From assembly GCF_009834535.1 (NCBI RefSeq), contig NC_045698.1:14758001-14822000 (forward strand): a DNA stretch of 64,000 bases, given 5' to 3'. Source of the DNA: Camelus ferus. Taxonomy: Eukaryota. Under the pieces are notes generated by a model that was not told the origin of the DNA, made no database searches, and saw only the letters and a list, made by a program, of their open reading frames with translations. Every line of letters starts with the position of its first letter. Position 1 is the first letter of the stretch. The position numbers and the translations under genes are program-made. This document shows, piece by piece, positions 51,056 to 64,000 of the stretch.

Positions 51056-53097
51056 TACTGGTTCCTGAGTCTAGGTCCTCCTTGGCCACAGGACACTCAC
51101 AGGACTAAGCTTGCAATTTGAGGGTATCACTGGCTACATCATAAATGTTGGCAAATCTCAGCAGGGGAGAAAAAGTTCTTAAAGCCTTTCTCTGGCATTA
51201 TATAGTTTCTATTTGTTTTCCTTGATAACTTCTGTTTCAGAAGGAATGATATAAGTTGCTCTCTTGAATATATTTATAGTTTGATTATTTAGCTAAATAA
51301 AAATACGTATTTTTCCACAGTAGACAAATTTCCAGAATATGTGCACGCTAGGGAAAATACACTAGTAAATACAGGAATGGTAGTTTTACTTCTATTTCAG
51401 TTTCAAAGGGAAATGCTGATTTATCTAAATAATTTTGTCCTTAAAGTGTTACCTAGAATTGTCTCTCTTTTATTAAATTTAAGACTTGTGGATATTTAGT
51501 ATTTTATCGATTTTCCAGGCCAGCCTACCCTTTGTAATTCTCTCCCAGCTCGTGTTAACGAGTGGCATCTCTTCTATAAGTGGCACCTGTGCAATCTTAA
51601 AGCATCTCAGGAAATTACTCCCAGTTTTGACTTTCTTCACTTCTCTAAATTCGATTGGATTCCCTGGTTTCTTTCCTACTCAGTTTTTCACCCTCTTTCA
51701 CTATTTCTTTTCACTGATTTCCCATATGATGGTTTGCCAGTTTTCCAATTTCATGAGGTTTCATTTTCTAAAATGCGTTCTTTTTCTTACTGCTCCTTTA
51801 CTGTCTAGGGTCATGGGTCATCTTCAGTCTTGCACAGCCCAACATAAGATCCAACTCCAAAGCACTAACAGCCTGTAACGAAGATTTGCTTTAAAGGTAA
51901 AACAGAAGATAAGTGGAAAAAGAATATTATAAACTTTGTGGTGTTTTTCTTTGGAGAGGAGAATAAGGTACTTTTCCTTTTGAGACCTGCTGAAACATAA
52001 GTACTTGTAAAAACAAATTATTTTCTGTAGCAGTAGATCAGTGCTAAACATGTGTTATTCTGCAACGCAAATTTGGCAGTACTTTCCACTTTTTGACAAA
52101 GCACTTGGGCTATCGAGAAATTAGCACACCACTCTTCTCACTCAAGTTCAGATGAAAAGCTTGGCAATGAAATGAAGACCTTTATTGCATTTTGCAGTCC
52201 AGTGAGCTCACTAACAGCTGCTTAAAAAAGCAAAAACAAAATCTTCAGAAAAAGAGACTATTTCTTCTATTGAAATACAGAAATTACACAACAGGAATAC
52301 TTCCAGGGCACCGTCATTGGTTTGTAGAGTTAACATTTCCATTAGATTTAAAAATTTTAGCTTTCTATTTAGCTTTTCTGCAAAAGAAATGTAACTTTTT
52401 GTAAGAGCACCATATTGACATTTTCTCAATTATTAGTAAGATTTCAGTGGAAATGCTTTACATATTGCATAGCCTTTATGTATTGCCAGAATATTTTGAA
52501 TCAAGAGGTCGAGTCTGTCTCTCCTCACATTGAATGTAGTTTGACCTTGTGGTTGGTATTGACCTCTACAAAACTATATTTAAGTATTAAGAAATTGAAG
52601 TGTTTAAGAATTACACAAATTGAAGGTAATAAATAATGTAACTCATTATAAACAGATGAGTCATGGCTTTGAATTTCATCTCATATAATAACTCTGTTTC
52701 TTGAGGTTAATTTTTTTGCACCATTGATTTTACTATATGGTAGCCTTGACTAAATAAATTACTACCTAGTGCTTTAATGCAATTGGATTTCCTTTCCTGG
52801 AGGAATTGTTTAAAATATTTCTCCAGTTATAATTACTGTCATCACACTCGTACATCCCTCTGCATCACTTGTACCTCTATCAGGCACCCAGACATTATTC
52901 TCTTGTTATAATTTATTATTCTTTGTGACTATTCTGTTCATGACATTGTTCTTTAAGTCCAGGATCACGGTTGCTCCAGGCTTAGTATATTTTTCTGCAT
53001 ACAGAATTGAAGTAAGTACTCACAGATAGGAAATTAGAGCCGGAGTTTCCTTAAATTTAAAAGAAGATGATGAGTTCTTTAAAGTGTGTGTGTGTAT

Positions 53098-53103
53098 ATA
53101 TAT

Positions 53104-53139
<36 letters not shown>

Positions 53140-53145
53140 ATATAT
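53098..53145. repeat. Perfect 48-bp palindrome centred on (AT)13
   Basis: ATATATCATAC-(AT)13-GTATGATATAT is self-complementary at every position. Confidence 0.95.
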
Positions 53146-53739
53146 GTTATATATAATATATTTCCCATGACTCAATCTATTTTCAAAAAATAAATAGGAA
53201 TAGAATATTCAGTAAAGAATAATCTCATTGTATCACACAAAGTAAGTCTTAAAACATAATTTTGGAAAATGAGTGAGAAGAGAAATTTTAAACAGACAGA
53301 AATACTTCCTCTTCTACTTCCAAGAGAAGTATTTGTCCTAAAAAATATATATTTAAACATACCAAGTTTAAAAAGTTTATTGAATTATATTTTAATATAA
53401 AAATTTAATTTAACTTCCAATGTAATATAATTTTCTTGAAGTTGGTAAATCTTAATTGAAAAGTAGAGTAGTTAATTATAAAAGAGAGAGGAAACAGAAT
53501 TTGGTAGATGCTTTGAATGGATACTTCAGTTCTTAAATGCATTTAGCATGTCAAATAAATATTCATAGTCAATATGTGGACACAATTAAGAATAGACCTT
53601 ATTAAAATAACTGAAAACTTTATACTGTTAAATTCTTCTATTGCACTTGATTTCTTGTTTTAATCAAATTTTTTGTTAAACTAAACCCATTTAAACTGTG
53701 CAGTATCATAATTTATGATGAATTTATTATTGCTTTCCC

Positions 53740-53895
53740 TTTCCTCTGGATCTTCCATCATGCCTGTGGAAAATGGGTTTTAGCCTGCTCCAGAATTTCC
53801 TTTCCTCACTGCTAGTTCTAGGGGCTTCTAACTTGCTTAGACAGCCTCCATAATTTCGTATATCAATCCTTTTTAATAAACCCTTCTATTTATCC
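53740..53895 (+). mobile_element. MLT2-like (ERVL) LTR 3' fragment
   Basis: AACTTGCTTAGACAGCCTCCATAATTTCGT...CCTTTTTAATAAACCCTT. Confidence 0.5.
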
Positions 53896-55827
53896 ACACG
53901 TACATATATAAAGACACAGATTGACAAATAGATATCAACAACTTGTTAATTTGAAGTGGAGCAGTTAAAGATGCAAAACCAATCTATGATGCACCGAAAA
54001 TATTAACCTGCAAAAACTTAATTCTGTGTGTATTTGTTTCTGACTCTGAACAGAAATTGAGACACGCTTTGAAAAGTATAATTGTTTGCTATCCATATTT
54101 GGAAGACACAAAGCTACAAGTAATTCTGTCATTAAAAGAGAAGCGTCACATTGGAGTATGATATTTGCATGCCTCAGTCTCTCCACGTGTATGAGGCAGC
54201 TCAGTTATTCCAATGATATTTTCTGCTCTGTAATGTAAACTGGCTATGAAATGAGTTGAATATTGTCACAGTTTGTGCAGGGAATTACTGATTATAAAAG
54301 AGAGGAGTAAATGGTGTTAAGATTTTATAAGATCATAAACAAAGTCTAGATATTTAAAACATCAGGATATGGCAGGGCTGTCCTGTTCTCCAGAATATCA
54401 TCCCCACGTAGACACAGTATAACCTTCACCCGGCAAGAAGCCATGGGATACAGTTATTTGGAATGAATCTATGTTATACACTGAATTGATCTCCCTTTAT
54501 TTTAGGAGTAGTTCATTTAATTCCATTCCTCAGGTAAAGTAGAGAAAATAAACTCATTTTTAGTATATAAAGCTTCTAGATTTTTAAATGTTTTCCTGTC
54601 TTACCTCCCTTAGGTGCAGGGACACTGGTCCAATAGATAATTCATGGTTCTACCTCAAGTATTAAACTCTCATTTAAAAAAAAAAAAGACAATGAAATGA
54701 CTTATTTTATATACAGAAGTTGACAGACTTCTATACCTATACTATGGAAGATACACAATTAAGTGTTTTAAAATGAGTTATTGTACATTTTAGGATTCAA
54801 ACTATATTCTACTGTAAGAAATTTTAAAATATTATATCCATGAGATTCAATAGCTTTATTTTCAGAGATTTTCTTTAATGCTACACCCAATATCTCAAAG
54901 GAAATTGAACTGATACTGCTTTCAAATATATTTTGCACTGAAAACTAATCCACTTTGGGGAAAAAGTTATATTGGCTCTTAAATTGAATGCTTTCTTAAA
55001 TCCTGGAGGCTCATTCTTTCTCCTCTCAGTGATTTGGTGGGGTAGATTGCTCCACAAACATTAAATAGGTGTTATTCTCAGGCCATTTTTAGCTTGGATT
55101 CTGTCAATAAGAAAATGCCATTGTGCACACCCAGCCAATGGGAAGAAACAAAAAGATAAGAATTCCCTTTAGTACAGAATGTGGTTCAGCATAACTGTAT
55201 TTAAAAAGTCCATTTCATCATGAGATCATGTCCAGAAAATACATATCCAGATAATTTTACCTTAAACATACTGAGAGTGTTTGTAGTATTTTAATTTCTA
55301 GTCAAGATTCTCTTCAGCAGAATATGGCTGATGATATTACAAGTGATTTATCTAGGAAAATAGGGCCATTTGAAAAAACTAATAGGCTTTGACTTAGCTA
55401 ATTTCCGAAGGGAATTTCTGCTCTGTACTCAGTACCATCCTAAAGCTATTCCTATGAAGATTGGAAAACATATGTTAAAGTCACTTCAAAGACTCCGGAT
55501 AATCCCTGCCTTTTTATGATGTCTGTTCTTTGACTTTCATGGTTCCAGGCCTCATGCGTGCATTTTTCATGATTTTAAGGCCCTTAATGTCAGAAAACAT
55601 CATCATTAGCTATTAGATTTTAGTGATCAATAATCAAATTTTCATTTTGGGTTTTTGCCGCAACACAAATAGCCTTGAAAATCTTCTGCTTCCATCACAT
55701 CATTACTCCAACCACACAGCAGTTTAAATTATCATTTTGACACAGAGAATCTGAAATATGAATAATTACCTCTCTACATAACATCAACATCACATCTCCC
55801 TTTATTGACATTTGTAATTAAATGTTT

Positions 55828-56805
55828 TTTAAAAAATTTTTATTGAAGTGTTGTTGATTTATAATGTTAGTTTCAGGCATACAGCAAAGTGATTCAGTTA
55901 TACATATACATACTGTACATATTATTTCTTTTCTGATTCTGTTCCATTATAGGTTATTACAAGAAACTGAATATAGTTCCCTGTGCTACACAGTAGGCCC
56001 TTGTTGTTTATTTATTTTATATATAGTAATGTGAGTCTGTTAATCTCCAACTCCTAATTTATACCCTTCCCCCTTTGGTAATCATAGTTTGTTTTCTATG
56101 TCTGTGTGTCTGTTTTGGTTTGTAAATAGAATTTGTATAATTTTTTTTAGATTCCACATATAAGTGATGTCAAATGATATTTGTCTTTCTCCGTCTTACT
56201 TTACTCATTATAATCTCTAGTTCCATCCATGTTGCTGCAAATGGCATTATTTCATTCTTTTTTATGACCGAGTAATATTTCATTGTGTGTATATGTGTGT
56301 GTGTGTGTGTATGTATAAATACCACATATTCTTTATCCAATCATCTGTTGATGGACATTTAGGTTGTTTCCATGTCTTGGCAATTGTAAATAGTGCTGCT
56401 ATGAAAATTGGGGTGCATGTATCTTTTCAAATGATAGTTTTCTCCAGATATATGTCCAGGAGTGGGATTGCTAGGTCATATGATAAGTCTATTTTTAGTT
56501 TTTAAAAAACCTCCATACTGTCCTCCTTAGTGGCTGCACCAATTTACATTCCCACCAACAGTGCAGGAGGGTTCCTTTTCCTCCACACAGAAAAGATGGG
56601 GATAGAAGAAACTATTTGTAGACTTTTTAATGATGGCCATTCTGACAGGTGTGAGGTGATACTTCATTGTAGTTTTGATTAGCATTTCTCTAATAATTAG
56701 TGATATTGAGAATCTATTTGTGCCTGTTGGCCATCTGGATGTCTTTTTTAGAGAAATGTCTATTTAGTATTTCTGCCCATTTTTTTGATTGGCTGTTTGT
56801 ACACA
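55828..56805 (-). mobile_element. 5'-truncated L1 3' end (~1 kb), same family as 50378-50922
   Basis: TTTTTATTGAAGTG...TTCCCACCAACAGTGCAGGAGGGTTCC...GGTGTGAGGTGATACTTCATTG. TSD candidate TAATTAAATGTTT (55815-55827) vs TAATTAAGTATTT (56806-56818). Confidence 0.92.
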
Positions 56806-57204
56806 TAATTAAGTATTTATGACCAGAGACTCAGAGATCTATTTGATCTAAAAGACAATGACTTACACAAATAAATCAAAATACTTCTTAAAAATATCAG
56901 AGTTTGACACATCTATTTTACACATCAGAACACAGTCACAGAGCATCTACTTTTTGTGTCTAAAAGCGTACCATCTAGTCAGTACCCAACAGCACAGCCT
57001 CATCTCAGATACTGAAACACTCAGGTTTGCAATTCCTACAGGATTTTCAATATCCACTCATATCTGTGACCACAGAATACTGACATTCACTTCTCCCTCA
57101 TCTCTAGATTGCTTTGTAATTTAACCTTTATTGTCCTTGTTTTATTATTTTAAAAAATTCCCCAATGCATTATTCTGTTCTGGATCTCATCTCTAAATAC
57201 CTAT

Positions 57205-57680
57205 AGTATAGACTGCTGATAGTCCTCAATATCTATTTTCTTTCTTTCTTACTAATAGAATCCACAATATTTAGCTGGACAAATGTCCACTTAAGAATAA
57301 AGACTGAATTTCCATATTTTTCTTACTGATAATTTTAGTCATGTAATTAAATCCACGGTAAAAATATCAAAGTGATGTGTGTGGCTTCCAGGAAGTTTCT
57401 TTATAAAGAATCTGATGTGTCTTTTTTTCCTTCCTAATTCTGCCTGGATATGTGGATGTGATATGCGGTAGGACCTTCTGCAGGCAGCATGTCTGGTCCA
57501 TGCTGTACCAGCTATAACTGAAGGACGAGAACATGACACAAGGAGAGGGGATCTCTGATGTTAGTGGAATTGCCCTACAATTGCTGCACTGCTTACCATC
57601 AAACTCTGCATAAACTTCCATCCTGCTTTTAAACACTCTCCAGGTTTTCTTGTTTTTGTTGTTTGTTAGGTGAAACAGTA
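57205..57680 (+). mobile_element. Old MaLR LTR (MLT1J-like)
   Basis: TTCTTACTAATAGAATCC...AATAAAGACTGAATTTCC...CTTCCAGGAAGTTTCTTTA...TTCTGCCTGGATATGTGGATGTGAT. Confidence 0.65.
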
Positions 57681-58212
57681 TATTATGGCCCTATTCTATT
57701 TCAACTAAGTTTTAAACATATTAAGAAAAAATCATCCAAATAGCATGATTGACATGATCTAAATTCTGTCAAAAACTTCACTTGATTCAGTTAATGGTAT
57801 ACGCCTTGAGTTAATTTCAAAATTATCTTTTTTGTGTTAAAGTTTTAACCACTTATCTAAAGGCAACTGGAAATGAGTAATTTCAAGTATCGATTCAGTA
57901 TCACCCATGTTTGTGGAGACAGTGTGGGCTGGCCAACTACTGCTACTTTTTTGTTATTGAAAAAAGACAGATCTTTTCAGTTATTTGCATACTTAGCCAA
58001 ATATCAAAGTTCTAATAATCATGAAGACAGTTGGAACCATTTGACAAAAAAAGGGATGTCAAGGTGAGAAAGAGGATACTGGAAACAACATTTTTCTGTA
58101 GAGCAAATTTTGCCTATTTTGGTTGCTTTTATGTATGTAGAATACCTTGCTCACGATAAACAAATTCTATAAAATACAAAATGTTAGTACCTAACTACAT
58201 ACTGTGATACAT

Positions 58213-58239
58213 ACACACACACACACACACTCACACACA
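58213..58239. repeat. Interrupted (AC)n microsatellite
   Basis: (AC)9, then T, then (CA)4. Confidence 0.9.
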
Positions 58240-59069
58240 ACATAATATATAACTAGTTGTAAATTCGATGTGTTCTGTGTCCATAAAATTTAGCTGCATG
58301 CCATGTGAATGAACTAAAGTATATATTTCATTATCAGAAATGTATCTCTTATTTTAAAATTTTCAATATAATATTCACCTGGAAATCAGCAGTGGAAAAA
58401 TTTTCAATAACAAAAATTCTCTGAGACATCTGGGTTTATTTCTTTCTGTCATATAGCCTTGATTAAATAATAATTGTCCTTTTAACAATTTGCTGGGTAT
58501 GAGACAGAAATATATAACATTTATGTAGATTTTTAAAAATTAGTTATCTTATAATATATTCACTTTGAATATTGATTTAAACTGTGTGCAATAGATATAG
58601 AAAAACATAATGAAAGTAGAGAAAATTAATTTTATGATCTTGAATTAAAATAACTGTGTCAAGTCAGTAAATGAGTAAACTTAACAACCAAATTTCAGTA
58701 ATTACATAGTGGGTTATAGATAATAATGATGATGATTTTTTTATTTACTTGACTTTTTTACATACACACAAGTTTTTCTGATTAGGCCTGATGACATTAG
58801 AACAAGTATATTTGTAATGCCATTATTACATATAATTATATGTTCTCCAATTGGCTTAACCACAATATTGTAATCAAAATACATTGTGTAATTACAGAGT
58901 TCTGGGCACTGTGTTGACCTCTATAATAAAATTACAGTGTTGCTTTATTAAATACACACATGCAGACATTTTAGAAACCTCTAGCTCTATAAGAGTAAAG
59001 AATATTTCTTAATGAATTTTTAGAAATCTGGAGACTATTATATAGTGCAGTGCACTTGTCAGTTGCTAC

Positions 59070-59420
59070 ACTTTGAGAAAATAAGATGCAGGTATCTACT
59101 AGACTCAAAAGTGCATGTGCCTTATAACCCAGCAATGTGAATTGAGATCCCTACCAAAGTAAATACACTGATATGTAGAGCTGAATATACAGTAATGGTT
59201 TTGCAGCATTGTTTAGTGTGGCAAAAGAAAGCAAAATAAAAATTGGAAGGCTTTGCATACGGAATTTTAAAATAAATGTTTCTGTTATAATTGGGATGTT
59301 GTCATTATTAAAGGATAAATTAATCTGCTTGTATTAACCTGAACCTACATCTACTATACACTTTAAAGCAAAAGAAAAGTTTGCAAAATAATTATGTGCT
59401 ATATTCTCATATTATAGAAC
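59070..59420 (+). mobile_element. L1ME-like 3' fragment
   Basis: CCTTATAACCCAGCAAT...TTTGCAGCATTGTTT...GGCAAAA...AATTGGAA. Confidence 0.5.
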
Positions 59421-59464
59421 ATTAGTTAACACGTTCATGCGTTTCTCATACAGACCCACACTAA

Positions 59465-59660
59465 GAGATTTACACACATTATCTAATACATCCTCAAGTC
59501 AACCATGTGTTAAAGCATTTTTTTTAATCATTCCCATGCTATAAACATGGAAGCTGAGGCACAGAGAAGTTCAGTAATTTTCCCAGAGTCACAGTAATAA
59601 TGAACAGTGAAGCCACTTGAATAACAGGATTTTGAAAACTTTCAAAGGGATCTGAAGACC
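59465..59660 (-). mobile_element. MIR SINE
   Basis: GGAAGCTGAGGCACAGAGAAGTTCAGTAATTTTCCCAGAGTCACA. Confidence 0.75.
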
Positions 59661-60024
59661 ACTTAACTGCAGCATTTATTATATTCCCTAAGTCTCATGA
59701 CTGCTTTATTTTAAAATAATTAAATATCTTCGACATTGGGCTTATTGATTTTATGATGACACTTGGTAAAGTCTCATAAGTTTCTGATGCACAAAATAAA
59801 AATGTACATCAAACCAGATAGAAGTATTCAGTGTTTTGTAGTTGACTGAATAAATGTACCTACAGTGGTTATTTAATGAAATATGGTAATTCAAGATGAA
59901 AAAAATTATACATCCAGGTTCTATAACTTGCATTATAAAAAAATAAAAAATTTTAACAATGATGTAAGTATTAGGGCTGCTCATAGTACTCAGTTTTTCT
60001 CCCTCTATGAAACTAACAAGATGA

Positions 60025-60278
60025 CAGTATCCTACCCTGCTTAAATTGACATGGGGCTGTATCACTGGTTCTGACCAATGGCACTTGAGCAGAAGGGATT
60101 TACACAAGGTCCCTGAAAGAGGCTTTGTGAGTGATGCTGGCCTAAGTCACGATGGATTTTACCAGCTGTGTCCACGGGTGACTAAGTCCGCTTGCTGACC
60201 TCTGTTAGTCACTGACATTTTTTAGATTTAGAGGTTGCTTATTGCTGCAGCACCATATAGCCCATCCTGACTGATATT
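60025..60278 (+). mobile_element. Old MaLR LTR fragment (MLT1I/J/K-like)
   Basis: CTGGTTCTGACCAATGGCACTTGAGCAGAAG...TTGCTTATTGCTGCAGCA...TAGCCCATCCTGACTGATA. Confidence 0.6.
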
Positions 60279-60684
60279 CAGAACAGGACAGAATTTTTGC
60301 TTTAGAAATAGATCTTTACCAGGGAAAACTAGATAACACATTAAATGATAAAACCAGGGTTTGAGATTAGGGATTTACAACAATATATTTTTGATGAACT
60401 TGATTAAGGACTTATAGAAAGCTCTTCAGCTGAGGTTAAAAGAAAACAAAACAAAGAAACAAACAAAAACAAACACAAATAACGTGCCGTAAAGATTTCA
60501 GTTGGAAAAAGCCCACTTTAGGATGTGTTTATTAATGCAGTGTCTTGGTGGAAAACCAAATGTAATCTAAATGTCACATAGAAAATCCCTTCTTCATGAT
60601 TGGCTTATCAGAACTAGGCAGTTTGCTAGTCTTCGTTCTAAAACAAATTCTCACTTTAGTATAAAAAGGGAAGTTGAAGTTTGC

Positions 60685-61105
60685 CTCTGCGGTGAAACTG
60701 GGCCAAGCAGCTGGTTGGGGCACACAGTTGACTGACAGCTCTAGAGGATTCCTCTCTTCTCCCCCTACTACTTGTGCTCCAAAGCCACCTTCCCACAGCT
60801 GTTCCTGGCCAGTGACTGGGCACAGCAAGGTGCTACTAAGGCCCACTCCTGCCCACTACGGGAGGGCACATCTGGCTCAGGAACATCTACTGCCCTGGCC
60901 AAAACATGTTTAGAATTGGGCTGCTTTCTGCTACTCATTTGACCCAGTCTTCCTTCTTTCCTCTCTTTCACACACGTCAGAAGCTTATAGTGGCTGAAGG
61001 CTCTCTCGGCCTGTTCCTGTTACTTCCCCTCAGCTTGCAAAGGTGTTTTTTCCTGTAAATCTCTTGAACATCTAATTCCAACTAGGCAGATTCAAAGTAC
61101 CACAA
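60685..61105 (+). mobile_element. ERVL LTR (LTR33-like)
   Basis: GC-richer block ACAGTTGACTGACAGCTC...CCAAAGCCACCTTCCCACAGCTG...GGCCAGTGACTG...GGTGCTACTAAGGC, and 3' TAAATCTCTTGAACATCTAATTCC. Confidence 0.65.
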
Positions 61106-61904
61106 CTTAACTTTGGCTATTAGTTTCAGAGGAAAATAGGTTTGTATACATAATATACATAAACATATGTATTGGCTAAATATATTATCATCAATAGAGC
61201 CACATTTCCAGTGCTTAAAAATATGCTTTACAGAATATTAAAAATAAAACCTTTAAAGGAAAAACATTAATACTGTTTATAGAATTTCAATGTGTGAATA
61301 ATATGTACATCAAAGATTCATATGGACTTTTTCTTCTACTTATGATGCAAAAATATGTCTTTAGATTTATGGAGGGGAGAAATCTATTTCTGAAGAAACA
61401 TTTTTTATTTAAAGCAAAGTGGAAGAATGGACATTCATAAATACATGAGCATGCACTGAAAACATTATTTTCTTATTCCCAAACTGTATAGGCAAAGTGA
61501 ATTTAGTTTTGTGTTCATTTAAGCAAAATACTGAATTAAACTTAACTGAAACAAACAATATACGTTTTAAAAAATAAAACTAAGAGAAACTAACACATAG
61601 TCTGTCATTTATCAAAGCAACCACTTTATTACATTTGACTGAAAACTTTTGTTTATTATCAAACCACTTGTTTTGGAAGTAGGATGTGGGGATTTTGTCC
61701 TGGCTGTATTCACATTCCTCATTTAGAAAAGCTGAGGAAAAATCCTGCCCCTCTGCCCAAAGTTGATTAGATTAGCATGAGTACTTTGATCCAAGGGGCC
61801 ACTAACTTACTGACTATTGCATCGAATAGTTTGGCAAGAGAGTTTGGCGTAAGGGGAAATGCTTATTGAATTTTCCTGAACTACTCAGAGCTCTGATTGC
61901 AAAT

Positions 61905-62005
61905 ACAGTGAAGGCAGGGACTTTCGCTAGGTTCGGGGCTCTATCTTTTTGTCATATAACAATGCCTGGCAAAGAGTAGTGGTTTACTGAATAACAATGA
62001 ATTCT
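61905..62005 (+). mobile_element. L2 3' end
   Basis: GTGAAGGCAGGGAC...AACAATGCCTGGCAAAGAGTAG...TTTACTGAAT. Confidence 0.55.
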
Positions 62006-63809
62006 AGATAATTTGGATGTGAGACATAAGATAGTGGTAGCAATTTATCGTAGGGATAGGAGCTGAAAGATGAATTAAGATGATACATTAAGCTTGAAAC
62101 ATGAGGCAGGAGAAGCTCTACTTAAGTTGAAGACTTAATTTAAAAGATATTATGAATTAGATGAGGGAAGGCTACGGAGAACAGAGAAAAGTTACATAGT
62201 GGGGACTGCTGTTCCAGAAGCAGAGACCAAGAATAACCCAGACATGACAGTAAGGAGAAACTAGCGGGGGGGAAGAATGCTTATTACGGGTAAACTGGCC
62301 ACTTCTGAAAGGTCGTTACTTCTACTAGACCAGGAATAGGTCCTGATAAGAAGGAAGTAAGTTTAAAAATAGAGAAAGATGTGGAGTAAATGAAAATCTC
62401 CATAGAAACCACGAATGCAGCTCAATTATGTGAATTATTTTTGGGTACCAAGAGATACTGTTTTTTTCTTAAGGGTGGTTTGGTCTTCATCAGGTTTATC
62501 TATGAGATCACTGCTGTTCTCATTATATTCACAATAGTAAAATACTCACTAATTTGTAAGACATATACATGTTTTCAAACCTTACAATCCGAAATAACCT
62601 AGCACACATATCATTATGTCATTTGAAAGGAAATGTTATCATAAGCCTAATTAAATTAGGAAGCAGTGAGATATAAATTGTTATTAATATTAAGTATAAT
62701 TTAAAAACAAAGTAGATTAAATTAGCTGCAGCATTATTTTGTGTTGAATACTTTTCATCCAAAATATCTGTCTATAGAAAATATTGGCAATGCGATCAAT
62801 TATCTTATATCTGAAAGAGTTGAAGTGTGCCACTTTAAGACCCTCCTTGACTGAGGAAAGCACACAAACAGATAACGTCACTCTCTCTATTGAAGAGTAG
62901 AGAAGCTCAGAAAGTTGTTCCCCTACTGCTGTGTTCTATGAATCAAGAACTAGAGTGCAGGTATAACTTTCTTAATTTTTTTTCAATTTCCCTGGGAATA
63001 GAGCAACAGTCTCTAAGGGTATGAAAAGTCCTTTTTCCAATACATCTTGCAACATCATATAGAAATATGTTGCAATCGGTTGCCAAGTTAGATGCTTGCT
63101 TAATGTCAGCAATTTTCTTTCTGAAACCAATTTTGCACTCAGCATCGGGAGGACATATTGAAGGGAGACTGTGTGCCCTCTGCGCTTGGAAAATTTATAT
63201 TTCCTAGGATTTAAAAAAAAGCAACTGTGTTTACTGTCATGGGATCTTGAGAAGAAATAAGGAGAAAATGAATTATAGAAAACATTGTATTATTTGAATG
63301 TTCCAGAACAATTTCTAAACCTGCTTATTTCTTTAACCCTCCCTAAAAAAATCTAGTACTTGGACAGAGAAAACACCTCCTACTCTATTATGTGAAAAAT
63401 TAAGATACACTGCACCAAACATTTCAAAGGAATTTATAACAGAAGAAATGTTGTCTTTGTACTCTTGCCTTCATGGTTGGAGGATAAATTTCAACTAATC
63501 AGTTCTGAAAAATGCATACCTAAATGTTCATAAAAATTTTGAATACATTTTTATATCTTTTTTAACAATCAAACTTCAAATTCTCTTTCTTACATGCTCA
63601 GTACAAATTGTTAGGAGCCAAAATAATTCCTGTGAGCTATACTGTTTTAACTATCTGAAGTAAATAACCTGATGTATAATATAAAAAGGCTTCTGTTCAC
63701 TTAAAAATCTTTTCTTTAAAAATAATTTTACAGCAAGTAATGTCATCTCATCTTAGAAGAACTATTAATTGAAATTTAAGTATTGATAACAACAGTAACC
63801 GTAAAACAA

Positions 63810-63965
63810 TGGTGAGTATTTTTTCTATACCATGTACTGAGTTCAGTATCTTATATACATTATCCAATTTCATGTTGATAATAACCTTGAATTGTAAATT
63901 TTACTATTCATATTTTATATATTTGAGGTAATGTGATGCAAAGAAATCAAATAAAATGCCCCACA
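63810..63965 (-). mobile_element. MIR SINE remnant
   Basis: TATACATTATCCAATTTCATG...AATAACCTTGA...TACTATTCATATTTTATA...TGAGGTAATGTGATGCAAAGA. Confidence 0.5.
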
Positions 63966-64000
63966 GTTATAAAGGTAAGAAACATGAAGGATGCATCAAA

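Noticed and set aside
51486..51878. 130-aa hydrophobic ORF
   Set aside because: TTG start, and a T-rich strand produces F/L/S bias that mimics a membrane protein; no family resemblance.
63047..63075. 9-bp inverted repeat TTGCAACAT/ATGTTGCAA
   Set aside because: Short enough to arise by chance in 64 kb of AT-rich DNA, with no other supporting feature.

Overview
AT-rich, CpG-depleted mammalian non-coding DNA (intergenic or deep intronic), most likely from a camelid (camel/alpaca/llama), judged by a Vic-1-type tRNA-derived SINE at ~49.4 kb and camelid-like short L1 3' ends. I find no protein-coding gene, RNA gene, CpG island or CRISPR array. The listed ORFs are short and either spurious or decayed transposon ORFs. 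The window is a mosaic of transposable-element fossils: a ~3.2 kb decayed L1 ORF2 (endonuclease and RT remnants), several 5'-truncated L1 3' ends with target-site duplications (TSDs), L2 and MIR fragments, many solo LTRs (MaLR MLT1, MLT2, ERVL-like, ERV1-like, including a well-preserved MER41-like LTR), and DNA transposons (MER20, MER5A, a Tigger6/MER82-like element with a transposase remnant). The best leads not explained by repeats are a 12-nt microexon or recursive-splice-site-like signal (28034-28051), a CpG-rich non-coding exon candidate (48305-48479), a near-consensus REST/RE1 site (51035-51055), and a few motif-dense unique segments. I cannot support a novel biological system from the sequence alone. 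Repeat family names come from recalled consensus features, not an alignment, and most boundaries are approximate.
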